In this document: piece after piece, positions 1-8,865 of the stretch
How positions within the stretch are numbered: position 1 is the stretch's first letter
How the letters are laid out: the number at the start of each line of letters is the position of its first letter
Origin: a virus
UHGV virus genome: UHGV-0167626
DNA: 55,806 nucleotides
Strand: one strand, 5' to 3'
Translations under genes and position numbers: made by a program
Notes under the pieces: model-generated
Databases searched by the model: none
Seen by the model: the letters and a program-made list of their open reading frames with translations, nothing else
What the model was told of the DNA's origin: nothing

Positions 1-110
1 GAGGGTGTCCAAAAAGTATTTGGCACCCTCGATTTATTCGTATCCCTATTGGAGACTGAAATCAAATATCCGATTCTACAAGGGGGTATTTTGCCTTTTT
101 GGACACCCTC
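1..110. mobile_element. IS end or MITE-like element with perfect 16-bp terminal inverted repeat
   Basis: gagggtgtccaaaaag (1-16) is the exact reverse complement of ctttttggacaccctc (95-110); extra hairpin at 1-30; the window starts exactly at the repeat. Confidence 0.6.
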
Positions 111-206
111 CTCTAAGCGATTAAGCTGACAGAGTAATTCGATGCGCTCGCTGTCTTCTGGTGTGAATAAATTATTGCTCATTCCGATTTAATTCTGTGT
201 TTTCCA

Positions 207-683
207 TTATCCAAAATAATCGTTATATAAATCTTCAAATTTTTTTCCGATGTATTCTGCATCATCAGATGTACCGCAGCAAAGCCGAGAGCCGGAGTAC
301 GCGCTCGTACCCGCGTAGTCCGTAGCGTCGTAACGAAAACCGGAGGAACGCCAAACAAAATACGGATAATATTTATACTGGCTTGAATTGGAGTAATCTG
401 CTTTCCAATCGTTGTTCATTTTATTTGCAGCTTTGAAGATTGTTTTCAATTTCATGAATGCGATTTCCGACTTTCCGAGTCCACAGTCCATTAAATGCTG
501 TTCGTCAATCGGCTTTTCTCCTATGATTTCACAAGCATCATAGTATGTCTTTACTGCGTCTTGAAAGTTTTTCAGAAATGTTGTCTTCCCGAAGATCGAT
601 TCAAGTACTTCTTTGAAGTTTTCGGATGCTTCAAAGTAGAGTTTCTTTGCTTGTTCTTCCGTTATCTCTAATGTCTTCTTCAT
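207..683 (-). CDS. Small phage protein with C-terminal DGR-like variable region (target 1)
   Basis: ORF (likely start MKKTL at 683); RSSGFR..GSRLC motif; 74-nt segment shared with neighbouring gene. Confidence 0.8.
   Translation of the reverse strand: MKKTLEITEEQAKKLYFEASENFKEVLESIFGKTTFLKNFQDAVKTYYDACEIIGEKPIDEQHLMDCGLGKSEIAFMKLKTIFKAANKMNNDWKADYSNSSQYKYYPYFVWRSSGFRYDATDYAGTSAYSGSRLCCGTSDDAEYIGKKFEDLYNDYFG
278..351 (-). repeat. DGR variable-region-like repeat VR1
   Basis: 61/74 nt identical to 771-844; all mismatches at codon positions 1-2. Confidence 0.8.
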
Positions 684-693
684 GTTTTTTCTT

Positions 694-1083
694 TTAAAGA
701 ATGAGTAAATATTCACGATATAGTTTTTTGAATTGTTCTGCGGCGTATTCGGCTAATTCTCTATTCTTAAAGCAAAGCCGAGAGCCGGTGTGCGTGCGCG
801 TATTCGTGTAGAACGAATCGTTGAAACGAAAACCGGAGGAACGCTGGTCTTCTCCTTTTTCAACGTAAAACCAGTTGTAATACTTACATTCATCCCAATT
901 TGACCAATCTGGTTCCCAACCTTCATTCAATGCTCTGATAATAATTGTAAGCTTGTAGAATGCGATAATTGATTTCCCATCTTTCTCCGGAAGCATATCT
1001 ACAACCGGCAGGTCGTTAGGGTTAAGTCTGAGATGCTTGCAAGCATCCTCGAAGGATTTAATTTTGTCTGTGATTTTTTCCAT
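694..1083 (-). CDS. Paralogous small protein with DGR-like variable region (target 2)
   Basis: ORF; same family as 207-683 (DAC..KL..A.N..W..D.S...KYY; RSSGFR..GSRLC). Confidence 0.8.
   Translation of the reverse strand: MEKITDKIKSFEDACKHLRLNPNDLPVVDMLPEKDGKSIIAFYKLTIIIRALNEGWEPDWSNWDECKYYNWFYVEKGEDQRSSGFRFNDSFYTNTRTHTGSRLCFKNRELAEYAAEQFKKLYREYLLIL
771..844 (-). repeat. DGR variable-region-like repeat VR2
   Basis: Manual alignment to 278-351. Confidence 0.8.
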
Positions 1084-1101
1084 GATATTATAGTTTTAGT
1101 G

Positions 1102-1578
1102 TTATTGTTGTGGTTTTAAATTGTCCGGTATGCGTTCTTTGTCGTCCGGTATGTAGGGGATCACTTCTACAAACTTCGTATCTTCGATTTTTACTATCTC
1201 ATAGGGTATTACAAATGTTGACAGTGATTTTTCGAGGTTATCCAATGCCCGGTTGATGTTTGATGCGGCAACTAGATAATGAATTGAGGATTCTTTCTCT
1301 TTGCCGAAGTTATCGCTATCGGTTATTTTAACTGTTGCTTTGTAGAGTCGGTCATCGTTTTCGTCATTTGATTCAATGTATTCTGTTATTTTTGACCGTT
1401 TCAGGGATTGAATGAGGTAATCCCCCTGAACTATTTCGGATAACTGCCTGCAACTCCTTTCTTCTGTTTCCGAAAAGCTCATTGCATCTATGAGGTATAA
1501 TTCAGTCACTTTCTTTGCTTTGCCATCCTCATTTACTTTTTCGTATTTTACTGTGGATTCAAAATAGGTTGCTGTCAT
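1102..1578 (-). CDS. DUF4494-like Bacteroidetes protein
   Basis: YEKV.EDGKAKKVTELYLIDAMSFSETEER pattern recognised. Confidence 0.7.
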   Translation of the reverse strand: MTATYFESTVKYEKVNEDGKAKKVTELYLIDAMSFSETEERSCRQLSEIVQGDYLIQSLKRSKITEYIESNDENDDRLYKATVKITDSDNFGKEKESSIHYLVAASNINRALDNLEKSLSTFVIPYEIVKIEDTKFVEVIPYIPDDKERIPDNLKPQQ

Positions 1579-1582
1579 AATT

Positions 1583-1765
1583 TTAATGTTTCAATTTTTC
1601 AAGTTTCTTAACCAGTATCCCCGCCTTCCTTTGTCTTTCCCTCCCTTTTACATCCGAAAAAGAAACCGGGCTATCTTGTATCTCTTTGAGATGCCTGATT
1701 AGTCCGGCTTTATCCTTAAATAGAAAGGAAAGGATTTGAGCAGAAAGGGTAGATGGGATTTTCAT
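1583..1765 (-). CDS. Hypothetical protein
   Basis: ORF coupled to neighbours. Confidence 0.55.
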   Translation of the reverse strand: MKIPSTLSAQILSFLFKDKAGLIRHLKEIQDSPVSFSDVKGRERQRKAGILVKKLEKLKH

Positions 1766-2067
1766 GGAAAACTAAATTGTGATTGATGATCATGTTTGTG
1801 GTGGCATTCCCGGCACCTGATTGTAATGTTATTTACATCCCAGGCTAATTCCGATTGGCCTCTTTTTTGACATTCACTTACTGGAATATCGTGTGAACAA
1901 TCAAGTGGAATACCTGCAGCCTCATTTCTATGACATTCCTCACAGAAAAGATAGCCATATTTTTCAATCATCTGGGCTATCTTCTTTTCTTTGGCTGCTC
2001 TAATCCGGCGGTCTATGACCGATTTAAGAACATATTCGCCGGAGCTGGTCATGTATGAGTTCATCAA
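1762..2067 (-). CDS. HNH endonuclease (NinG-like)
   Basis: CEEC..DCSH..NNITIRCRECHHKH zinc/HNH motifs. Confidence 0.7.
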   Translation of the reverse strand: MMNSYMTSSGEYVLKSVIDRRIRAAKEKKIAQMIEKYGYLFCEECHRNEAAGIPLDCSHDIPVSECQKRGQSELAWDVNNITIRCRECHHKHDHQSQFSFP

Positions 2068-2498
2068 AAATTAATAAGGTTCTTTTCAAATTCTTCAACT
2101 GAAATGTTTTTGAGGAAGTATTTAAATAATACGTCCTTTACACGTTCGTATAGGTTTTGAAATTCGTCTTCGTCCATTTTATCGAAAGCAATAGACTTCG
2201 GAACTTCAATCCACTCTTTCCGGGCAATCGAGTATATCGGCTCACACCATCCGGCTGCCATTTCTACCGTTTTTCTGAATAGTTCGATGCTGTGCTTGAA
2301 ATGCTCTACCGCTATCTCATTCTGATATTCCTAGGCAAGGTTAATGAGTCCGAAATATTTTTTGTGAAAGGAAAGGTTTCGAGGTCGCTTGATAGTGGCC
2401 TCGTAAACCTCTCCGATTTTCAACTTTTTCTTTTCCTCGAAATCTTCATCGAAGAGTGGTTTCAGACCAACGGAAGTGTTAAGGAGTTTGATTTTCAT
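2064..2498 (-). pseudogene. DUF1367-like recombination-region gene with in-frame TAG
   Basis: MKIKLLNT...RPRNLSFHKKYFGLINLA*EYQ... continues in frame into the 65-aa ORF; TAG at 2331-2333. Confidence 0.7.
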
Positions 2499-2500
2499 GG

Positions 2501-2893
2501 TTAGAATGGCAGACTGTCGTCATCGTCTGCCTGTGACGGGGAATTATTTACTTCGGATTGTCTTTCTGTTTGCTGGTTCTGCTTTTCTCCGGAAGAACAG
2601 AACACGAGTTTATCAGCCCAGATAGTTATGTCCAGGATGGCTTCACCTGTGTTTTTACTGACATAAGCAGAAAAGTAGGGATTGCCACGTACCCAAACCT
2701 TTTTCCCCTTTGTAAGGTATGCGGTCAACTTACCTTCGCTGTCGTATTTCATTACCCGGAGCCATGTTGTCCTATCTTTCCCATCTGATGTTTTTTCTGT
2801 TACACCGATTGAAAATGAGGCGTATGCCTTGCCCCCTATTGTTTTCTGCTCGGCATCCTTGCCGATGTTACCTATGGCTTGTAGTTCTATCAT
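2501..2893 (-). CDS. ssb: Single-stranded DNA-binding protein
   Basis: IGNIGKDAE, YLTKGKKVWVRG, acidic DDDDSLPF tail. Confidence 0.9.
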   Translation of the reverse strand: MIELQAIGNIGKDAEQKTIGGKAYASFSIGVTEKTSDGKDRTTWLRVMKYDSEGKLTAYLTKGKKVWVRGNPYFSAYVSKNTGEAILDITIWADKLVFCSSGEKQNQQTERQSEVNNSPSQADDDDSLPF

Positions 2894-2952
2894 TTTAATA
2901 TAGTTCTATAAAAATTTCATTTAAAAACCGATAGTATTAGCTTATCAATAGT

Positions 2953-4629
2953 TCATTTGATATTTATGTTCTTTATTAATAAGTCAAACTCTGATTCCTG
3001 TTCAATAGCTTCATTAATCCCTCCAGTTATTATATTCGATATTTCCCGTTTATATTGGATTATTTTATAGATATCTTCGTCTATTGTGTTTTCCCCAAGA
3101 AAATAGATGCAGTTTACGGAATCTTTCTGCCCGATACGATGGCATCGATCCTCACACTGGTCTGTATCAGCGGCTGTCCACGGAAGCTCCACAAATATCA
3201 CATTAGAGGATGCAGTAAGCGTCAATCCGACCCCGGCCGCTTTAATGGAACAGACAATCAACTTTACAGATGGATCGTTTTGAAAGGCGTCGATATTTTT
3301 CTGCCGTGTTATCATGTCGTCGTTTCCAGTGATTGTTACTGCATCAGGGAATGCCTGTGTAAGGAATCCGGCGATTTCCTTCTGATGGATGAATACGACT
3401 ATTTTTTCATCGGATTTCAGCATGTCATTGATATAATCCCTTACTGCATTTAATTTTCCCCTTGCGGAGATGTTTTTAAGGACGCCGATTCTTACCATCG
3501 TTTCACCGCGCATCGACCTTCTGACTTGCTCGTCGGTTGCTGCCCGGTATTCTTTCAGATAATCGGCAAGGTCTGAAAGTGCCGCATTATATTCGCTTTG
3601 GTTGTCTATTTCACAAGGAACAACGGTTCTGATTTTATCGGGCAATTCTTTCAATACCTCTTTTTTGTTCCGGCTGTAAAAACAGGTCGTATTGAGTTTG
3701 TAGTTCAATTCTTCCATGTTGTCATTGAATCCGTATTCAGCTACAAACTTTGTGTATCCTCCGAATTTGTCCACCTGGTTAATGATTGCAAGCATGGAGG
3801 CGAGATCTTTTGCCTTGTTCACTACCGGGGTCCCGGAAATAGCGAATATTACCTCCTTTCCGGACGTTAATCCCTTGGTGAACTTGCTTTGTTGGGATGA
3901 AGGGTCTTTTATCCGGTGGGCCTCGTCAATTATGACAGATTTAAACAGGTTGATGTTTGGAGTAAAAATCACATCTTTCAGTTTGAAAGCCTGTCCGGGT
4001 TTTGCAACAATGTCCTGTACAAAGTATTTTTTAAGGCTTTCGTAGTTGCAGATGAATATGTCGTTTTTTATGCTTTCTCCAAAAAGCGATTTCCCGGCGG
4101 CGAAGAGATGCCATGTATTTATGTTTGAGTTGTTCAATATACAAGCCTTTTTGTCAGTCCACATGTGCCACTCTCTTTGCCAGTTTATTTTCAAAGAAGA
4201 TGGGCAAATAACCAAACAGGGGAAAGCATTCAAGGCAAGCACGGAGGCAATTGCCTGACAGGTTTTCCCAAGCCCCATCTTATCACCGATGATTGTACGT
4301 TTGTGGATGATGTTGTAGGCGACACCCTGTTTCTGATAGGGGTATAATTCCATTTTCAAGGGAATATCCTGTTTCAGTTCCGGAAGTTCCGGTATTTTCC
4401 AATCCGCTTTTGCATGCTCCTTGGTAAATACGAAGCCGTACTTTTGTCCGAACATATAGACTTGCGGAGCATATATCTTTGGGAAGAAAAATGATTTGTG
4501 TTTTGGATCATATTCGGCACCCGGGCACACTCCCATCAGTTTTTTTATCGCCCACGTGAGATTGCGGTTGTATTCAAACGTAATCTCGAAGCTGTCGTTA
4601 GATTCCTTTATCCTCATGTTTTTTTCCAA
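2953..4629 (-). CDS. SNF2-family helicase
   Basis: DKMGLGKT, DEAH, SGTP, AAGVGLTL, QCEDRCHRIGQ motifs. Confidence 0.9.
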   Translation of the reverse strand: MEKNMRIKESNDSFEITFEYNRNLTWAIKKLMGVCPGAEYDPKHKSFFFPKIYAPQVYMFGQKYGFVFTKEHAKADWKIPELPELKQDIPLKMELYPYQKQGVAYNIIHKRTIIGDKMGLGKTCQAIASVLALNAFPCLVICPSSLKINWQREWHMWTDKKACILNNSNINTWHLFAAGKSLFGESIKNDIFICNYESLKKYFVQDIVAKPGQAFKLKDVIFTPNINLFKSVIIDEAHRIKDPSSQQSKFTKGLTSGKEVIFAISGTPVVNKAKDLASMLAIINQVDKFGGYTKFVAEYGFNDNMEELNYKLNTTCFYSRNKKEVLKELPDKIRTVVPCEIDNQSEYNAALSDLADYLKEYRAATDEQVRRSMRGETMVRIGVLKNISARGKLNAVRDYINDMLKSDEKIVVFIHQKEIAGFLTQAFPDAVTITGNDDMITRQKNIDAFQNDPSVKLIVCSIKAAGVGLTLTASSNVIFVELPWTAADTDQCEDRCHRIGQKDSVNCIYFLGENTIDEDIYKIIQYKREISNIITGGINEAIEQESEFDLLIKNINIK

Positions 4630-4747
4630 ATGGCGGTTGTGGACATTTGTTTCAGCCTTCTCACAATTTGCAGGGGAGAGATTTTTGGTTCGCTATAAGC
4701 TTCTATATCGTCCACCTCTTTTTCTAAATCTTCTATGGGTGTGATTG

Positions 4748-5395
4748 TCATGCTGTATTTTTTAAGTCTCCGAACATAGTCCAGTATTTAAATGCGAGTT
4801 CCATACACTTGTGATGGCCGGATTCCCATAATTCATCTCCTCTTTTTATGAATACCTTGAAGACGCGGAAGTTTTCTTTGGAAATTCCGATTAAGACGTC
4901 TTTCTCGGAGCCTGCTATATTCATGTAGAAGAATCTTTGCCTGTCGTAGTCGAATTGCCTTACAGCGGATTCAAATTGTTCCTGTGTCGTCGCGGAGGTA
5001 CTTTTTATATCGCCTCCCCATCCCATTGACGGCATCCACAAGTCCCATTTGCATCGGACGGGCAGTGTAAAAGGGATATCGTAGTCGAATTTCTGACAGG
5101 GATTAATCATGACTTTCTGTGTGTCTGATAGTGGAAGTATCCGGCTGGCAAACTCATCGCGCATGAATGCCTTTTTCATTTCTTCTGCTTTTTTGAAATC
5201 ACCTTCTGTCAATTGTTCACCGGCACAAGTCAGTTTGAAATAGTTGACTTTTTCCGGTTCTGTAATCATGTGATCGATTAGGTTTCCAAATTTTGCATGA
5301 ACGGGGTCGATTTCCATTCCTCCGTAGAGCTGTCTTTTTAATTCAGACAGGTCGGAGTTGGATATTTCCGACCTGTCATAGTATGGGTCTTTCAT
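4748..5395 (-). CDS. PD-(D/E)XK exonuclease (RecE/DUF3799-like)
   Basis: SNSDL, FGNLID, RCKWD..GDIKST, YDRQRFFY; next to RecT. Confidence 0.7.
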   Translation of the reverse strand: MKDPYYDRSEISNSDLSELKRQLYGGMEIDPVHAKFGNLIDHMITEPEKVNYFKLTCAGEQLTEGDFKKAEEMKKAFMRDEFASRILPLSDTQKVMINPCQKFDYDIPFTLPVRCKWDLWMPSMGWGGDIKSTSATTQEQFESAVRQFDYDRQRFFYMNIAGSEKDVLIGISKENFRVFKVFIKRGDELWESGHHKCMELAFKYWTMFGDLKNTA

Positions 5396-6561
5396 TTTGC
5401 CGTAACGACTTCTTTGTAAGTAATAAAGTTTGACGTGATGATTTCTCCATCCTTGTTTGCGATATCCTCGCAGAATTTCTTCATCTGTGCGATGGATTTC
5501 TTTTCAATCTTTTCGTTCGGGAGATTCTTTCCTTCACGCTCGAACCAGAACATGAATATCTGTCCGTATCCGGCAGGATTGCTTACTTCGATGGAAAGCG
5601 TTTTCTTTACATTCGCCGCAGGGGCAGAATAATTTTGGTCGAATAGGGTATTGAGGGTTGCTTCAGTTTTCTCTGCCTCGATGGATGTCTGTTGTTTCTG
5701 TGTGAAGTTCAACAGTTCTTGTCTTTTTTCTTCCGCTTCCCGTTTTGCCCTTTCTTCCGCTTCTTTCGCAAGCCGTTCTTTTTCCGCGGCATTTGCTTGC
5801 GCGATCTCTAACAATTCTTGTTTCTTTGAATCAACGCGATCAAGGTAGTACCGGATTTTTTCGGTGATTTTTTCATTGTATTCCAGTTCATTTTTGGCAG
5901 ATTTGGAAGAAGCTATTTCTTCATAGATTGCGATCTCTTCTTCTTTTGTAATGTAATTCCTGTATGGATATGAGAAAGTGGCCGGTTTGTATTCGGATGA
6001 GAAGTTTTTCAATTCATCTTTTTTTAGCTCGCAGTTTTGCAGCGTGATGGAGTTGAATATTTCTTTAAGCGAATCGTATGCAAGGCTTAATGTGTTTACC
6101 AGGTCGTTGGTAAAGGCTTGTTTGAAATAAGCACGCATTTCGATGCGCTCCTGTTCTGTGGCAGCCTTGATACGCCGAGACTCTTCCTCTTTTGCGGCGA
6201 TTTCCGCGATATGCCGGGCAAATGCGTTTCTGAAATTTTGTATTGCCTGTATTTCTTCCCCTGTTTTCAGTTCGTTTTCCAGTTCGGTGAAATGTTTCCG
6301 GATTTGGTCGAATGCCTGTGTGATTGGTTTCAGGCGGTCTGACATGGCCGAAATGGTCTTGCTAATCTTTCCGAGGAATGTTTTACACTCTTCGTCTAGG
6401 AACCGGACTTCCGGAGTGTCTGAGATAGGGGTGTTTTCTATTTTAGCGAGCAGGATTTTTGCGACTTCTTTTGCTTTTTCATTACTTGCAATGTTTTGCG
6501 CAATGATGTCTTTTGCCTGTAATAATGCTTCCTGTGTTGTTGAGAGTGCTGTTGTTTCCAT
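5392..6561 (-). CDS. Coiled-coil recombination-module protein
   Basis: 389-aa ORF, E/K/A-rich, between RecT and nuclease. Confidence 0.7.
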   Translation of the reverse strand: METTALSTTQEALLQAKDIIAQNIASNEKAKEVAKILLAKIENTPISDTPEVRFLDEECKTFLGKISKTISAMSDRLKPITQAFDQIRKHFTELENELKTGEEIQAIQNFRNAFARHIAEIAAKEEESRRIKAATEQERIEMRAYFKQAFTNDLVNTLSLAYDSLKEIFNSITLQNCELKKDELKNFSSEYKPATFSYPYRNYITKEEEIAIYEEIASSKSAKNELEYNEKITEKIRYYLDRVDSKKQELLEIAQANAAEKERLAKEAEERAKREAEEKRQELLNFTQKQQTSIEAEKTEATLNTLFDQNYSAPAANVKKTLSIEVSNPAGYGQIFMFWFEREGKNLPNEKIEKKSIAQMKKFCEDIANKDGEIITSNFITYKEVVTAK

Positions 6562-6563
6562 AA

Positions 6564-7523
6564 TTAAAAGGGTTCTTCTGGGTTTTCTACTATGCTTACA
6601 CCGCCCTGTTGCTTGGCGATTTCCTGTACATCTGTCTCTTCGGCTTCTTCTTCGGTTTCTTTTTGCGGGACTTGGTTGTATACTGGCTCATCCAACCCAT
6701 AGTCGGAGGCCTGGACTTGTTCGTCTTGCTGTAAAGCGGAGAATTGTCCTAACCTTAATTTCGGAAATGTCTTGAAAGCGTGCTTGATTACTTTCGCTTC
6801 AAGGAATCCGGTGTCGATTTGACCTTCATTTGAATGGTAGAGGGCATTGGCGTCTCCATATACATTCCCGTCTTTGTCTTTCCGTTGATTTTTCTTTAAG
6901 GAATATCCTTTCAGACGGTCGATGTCTTCTGGAAGCATCCAAAAGAAGTCAAAGGAACGATCGGGGCGGGTCAGCTTGATAAAAGCTCCGATGATTGTTT
7001 TGCTTTGCCGTGGAATGGCTGCCGAATAGACTACCACTTTCTGTCCGGTTTCGGTTACCTTGGGCTTAAATTCATCCCCCTCGAATACGATTACAGGACG
7101 GTCGGCATATAATAGCTGTCCAGCTTGGATTCTTAAATCGAGCTCTCCATATGGAGAAATTTCAATGGACATCCGTTGTTCCCATGTTTGTTTTTCTTTT
7201 GTTCCTACATTCACGGAACCGGGGATGATGTAAATAAGGGGCCGGGATGCGTTTTCAAGGGTAAGTCCCATGCTTGCGATGTCAAGGAGTACTCCATATG
7301 TGGAGAAACCTGTACATTTTGCTAGGTTTGGGGAGGCTTGTATGATTCTCTGTAGGTTGTATTTTTCTTTTTCAAAGAATAATTCGCCCTGCTCAGAGTT
7401 GTGGATGTTATTGTAGAGTGTAACGAATCGCTCTCTTACTCTCGTATCCTCTAAAATCTGAAACGGAGACATGGATTTAAGCTCCGTGATCGTCAGCTTT
7501 TTTGTTTCTGAATTATTTTCCAT
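6564..7523 (-). CDS. recT: RecT-like single-strand annealing protein
   Basis: Likely start MENN at 7523; MGLTL..YIIP..SPYGEL..VFEGDEF..AKVIKHAFKTFP; acidic tail. Confidence 0.75.
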   Translation of the reverse strand: MENNSETKKLTITELKSMSPFQILEDTRVRERFVTLYNNIHNSEQGELFFEKEKYNLQRIIQASPNLAKCTGFSTYGVLLDIASMGLTLENASRPLIYIIPGSVNVGTKEKQTWEQRMSIEISPYGELDLRIQAGQLLYADRPVIVFEGDEFKPKVTETGQKVVVYSAAIPRQSKTIIGAFIKLTRPDRSFDFFWMLPEDIDRLKGYSLKKNQRKDKDGNVYGDANALYHSNEGQIDTGFLEAKVIKHAFKTFPKLRLGQFSALQQDEQVQASDYGLDEPVYNQVPQKETEEEAEETDVQEIAKQQGGVSIVENPEEPF

Positions 7524-7545
7524 ACTTTTGTTTTGTTGTTTGAAA

Positions 7546-7599
7546 TGTGACGGGTAAGAGGAATCGAACCTCTTTCTAAGTACTCCAGTACAACCCGTT
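7546..7599 (-). ncRNA. Anticodon-less tRNA-like element 1
   Basis: ACGGGT/ACCCGT stem, GTAC-TGGA-GTAC hairpin, AGAGG-TTCGATT-CCTCT T-arm, ends ACA. Confidence 0.5.
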
Positions 7600-7762
7600 G
7601 CTGGCTTAATGCGCCTTTGACACGCGACTTCCGCCACTACCGGAGTATTGCCCGGTAGTTCACCAGCCCGCAGCGACAAACTGCGTGTTTTTTATTGTCT
7701 GTCAACATGTCAAAGAGCTTAGAGTTTTTTGTAAGGCCGTTAGTTTGGCGACTGGGACGGCC

Positions 7763-8050
7763 TTACTTTATTTCCTTATCCAGATCCAGCTGGAGGCGGT
7801 GTACCTTTTCCCAGTTTTTGGAATCAACCGGGTTACTTCTGTCGAAGTAAGGGAACAGTGCTGAACAATACCTGTTAATGTAGCACAGCAGGCGATACTT
7901 TTCATTTCGTTCGTGTCTGCATTCCTCTTGTAGCTTGGATACTTTCTTCTGGATAGAGATGATTTCTTTTTCTAATTTACTTTGGGATTTGGTCTGTGAA
8001 GTGGGTACACTTTGTACCTTTACTTCAAATTTTTCAGTGGTGTTTGGCAT
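7763..8050 (-). CDS. Small leader-controlled protein (module A)
   Basis: Likely start ATGCCAAAC at 8050; upstream extension in the ORF track is the structured leader. Confidence 0.65.
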   Translation of the reverse strand: MPNTTEKFEVKVQSVPTSQTKSQSKLEKEIISIQKKVSKLQEECRHERNEKYRLLCYINRYCSALFPYFDRSNPVDSKNWEKVHRLQLDLDKEIK

Positions 8051-8260
8051 TTGACAACTAAAAATTTGATTAATAATTTTTTGGACAAAAGGAGAAGCGG
8101 AGCCTCTCCAAATGTCGCCAAACACCCATAACCTCAAAGAATTATGTGTCAGAGAAACTCCGCTATATTGCGAATTTTTCGATATGTATAAACACAACAT
8201 ACCGAGGTTATAAATGTTTGGCACTGCAAACATGGCAAATTCCTCTGAATTAACCAAGAT
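8041..8260 (-). promoter_or_regulatory. Antisense-keyed leader module A (key TGCCAAACA)
   Basis: Key at 8215-8223 and over the ATG (8041-8049), complement at 8114-8124; -7-like CATGTTTG at 8227-8234. Confidence 0.65.
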
Positions 8261-8330
8261 TTTCGACCAAATATTTTCTAAATTCCGCAACATTTTTCTT
8301 CAATTTATTATTAATCAATTACTTTTTATT

Positions 8331-8373
8331 TGTTCCTGCCGGGGAATCGAACCCCAGTTGAACCGTTCAGGAT
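8331..8373 (-). ncRNA. Anticodon-less tRNA-like element 2
   Basis: TCCTG/CAGGA stem plus GGGG-TTCGATT-CCCC T-arm, ends ACA; near copy at 55704-55746. Confidence 0.5.
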
Positions 8374-8550
8374 TTTTTTATGTTTTCTGACCGATGGAAA
8401 ATGTGTTTGTAAATTGTATTTCCTCGTTGGTCTTTCCCAATGGGGATGTGCTGGATGTGGTCAAATTTTCTTCCTTTGCCGACTTTCCCTCTTTTGTTTG
8501 AGCTGTAAATGTTTCCTTGCATATTTTCAATTTTTAGTTGTTAAATTCTG

Positions 8551-8621
8551 AGGTCGGTGCGGGATTCGAACCCGCGTACCCAGTTTTGCGGACTAGCTCC
8601 TGACCACTCGGACAACCGACC
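8551..8621 (-). tRNA. tRNA-Cys(GCA)
   Basis: GGTCGGT/ACCGACC acceptor, AGTGG D-loop, CTAGT-CCGCAAA-ACTGG anticodon arm, GCGGG-TTCGAAT-CCCGC T-arm; CCA not encoded. Confidence 0.9.
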
Positions 8622-8676
8622 CTTTGCTGGAGCAACCTATATATGGCCACAGTTACAATTGGCTGCCCCGGACTGA

Positions 8677-8865
8677 TTAATTGTTGTTTATAATAGCACT
8701 CTGAGCCTTTACAAGTTCCTTATATCTCGATAATTCCTGTTTCAGTGTCTCACATTCCTGAAAGTATCTGTTCCAGGATGTATTTGCAGCATCGAGCTGC
8801 TTTTTTAAGTTTTCAATTTCTTTATCCTTTTTGTCACTTACATTTACATTTGCATTGTCGTTCAT
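8677..8865 (-). CDS. Hypothetical coiled-coil protein
   Basis: ORF in early operon. Confidence 0.6.
   Translation of the reverse strand: MNDNANVNVSDKKDKEIENLKKQLDAANTSWNRYFQECETLKQELSRYKELVKAQSAIINNN

Noticed and set aside
2292..6775. Plus-strand ORFs opposite SSB, helicase and recombination genes (and similar shadows elsewhere)
   Set aside because: Antisense shadows of well-supported genes with no motifs
7524..8293. Long N-terminal extensions of recT and the 176-aa ORF in the track
   Set aside because: They run through promoter and structured RNA; better starts at 7523 and 8050
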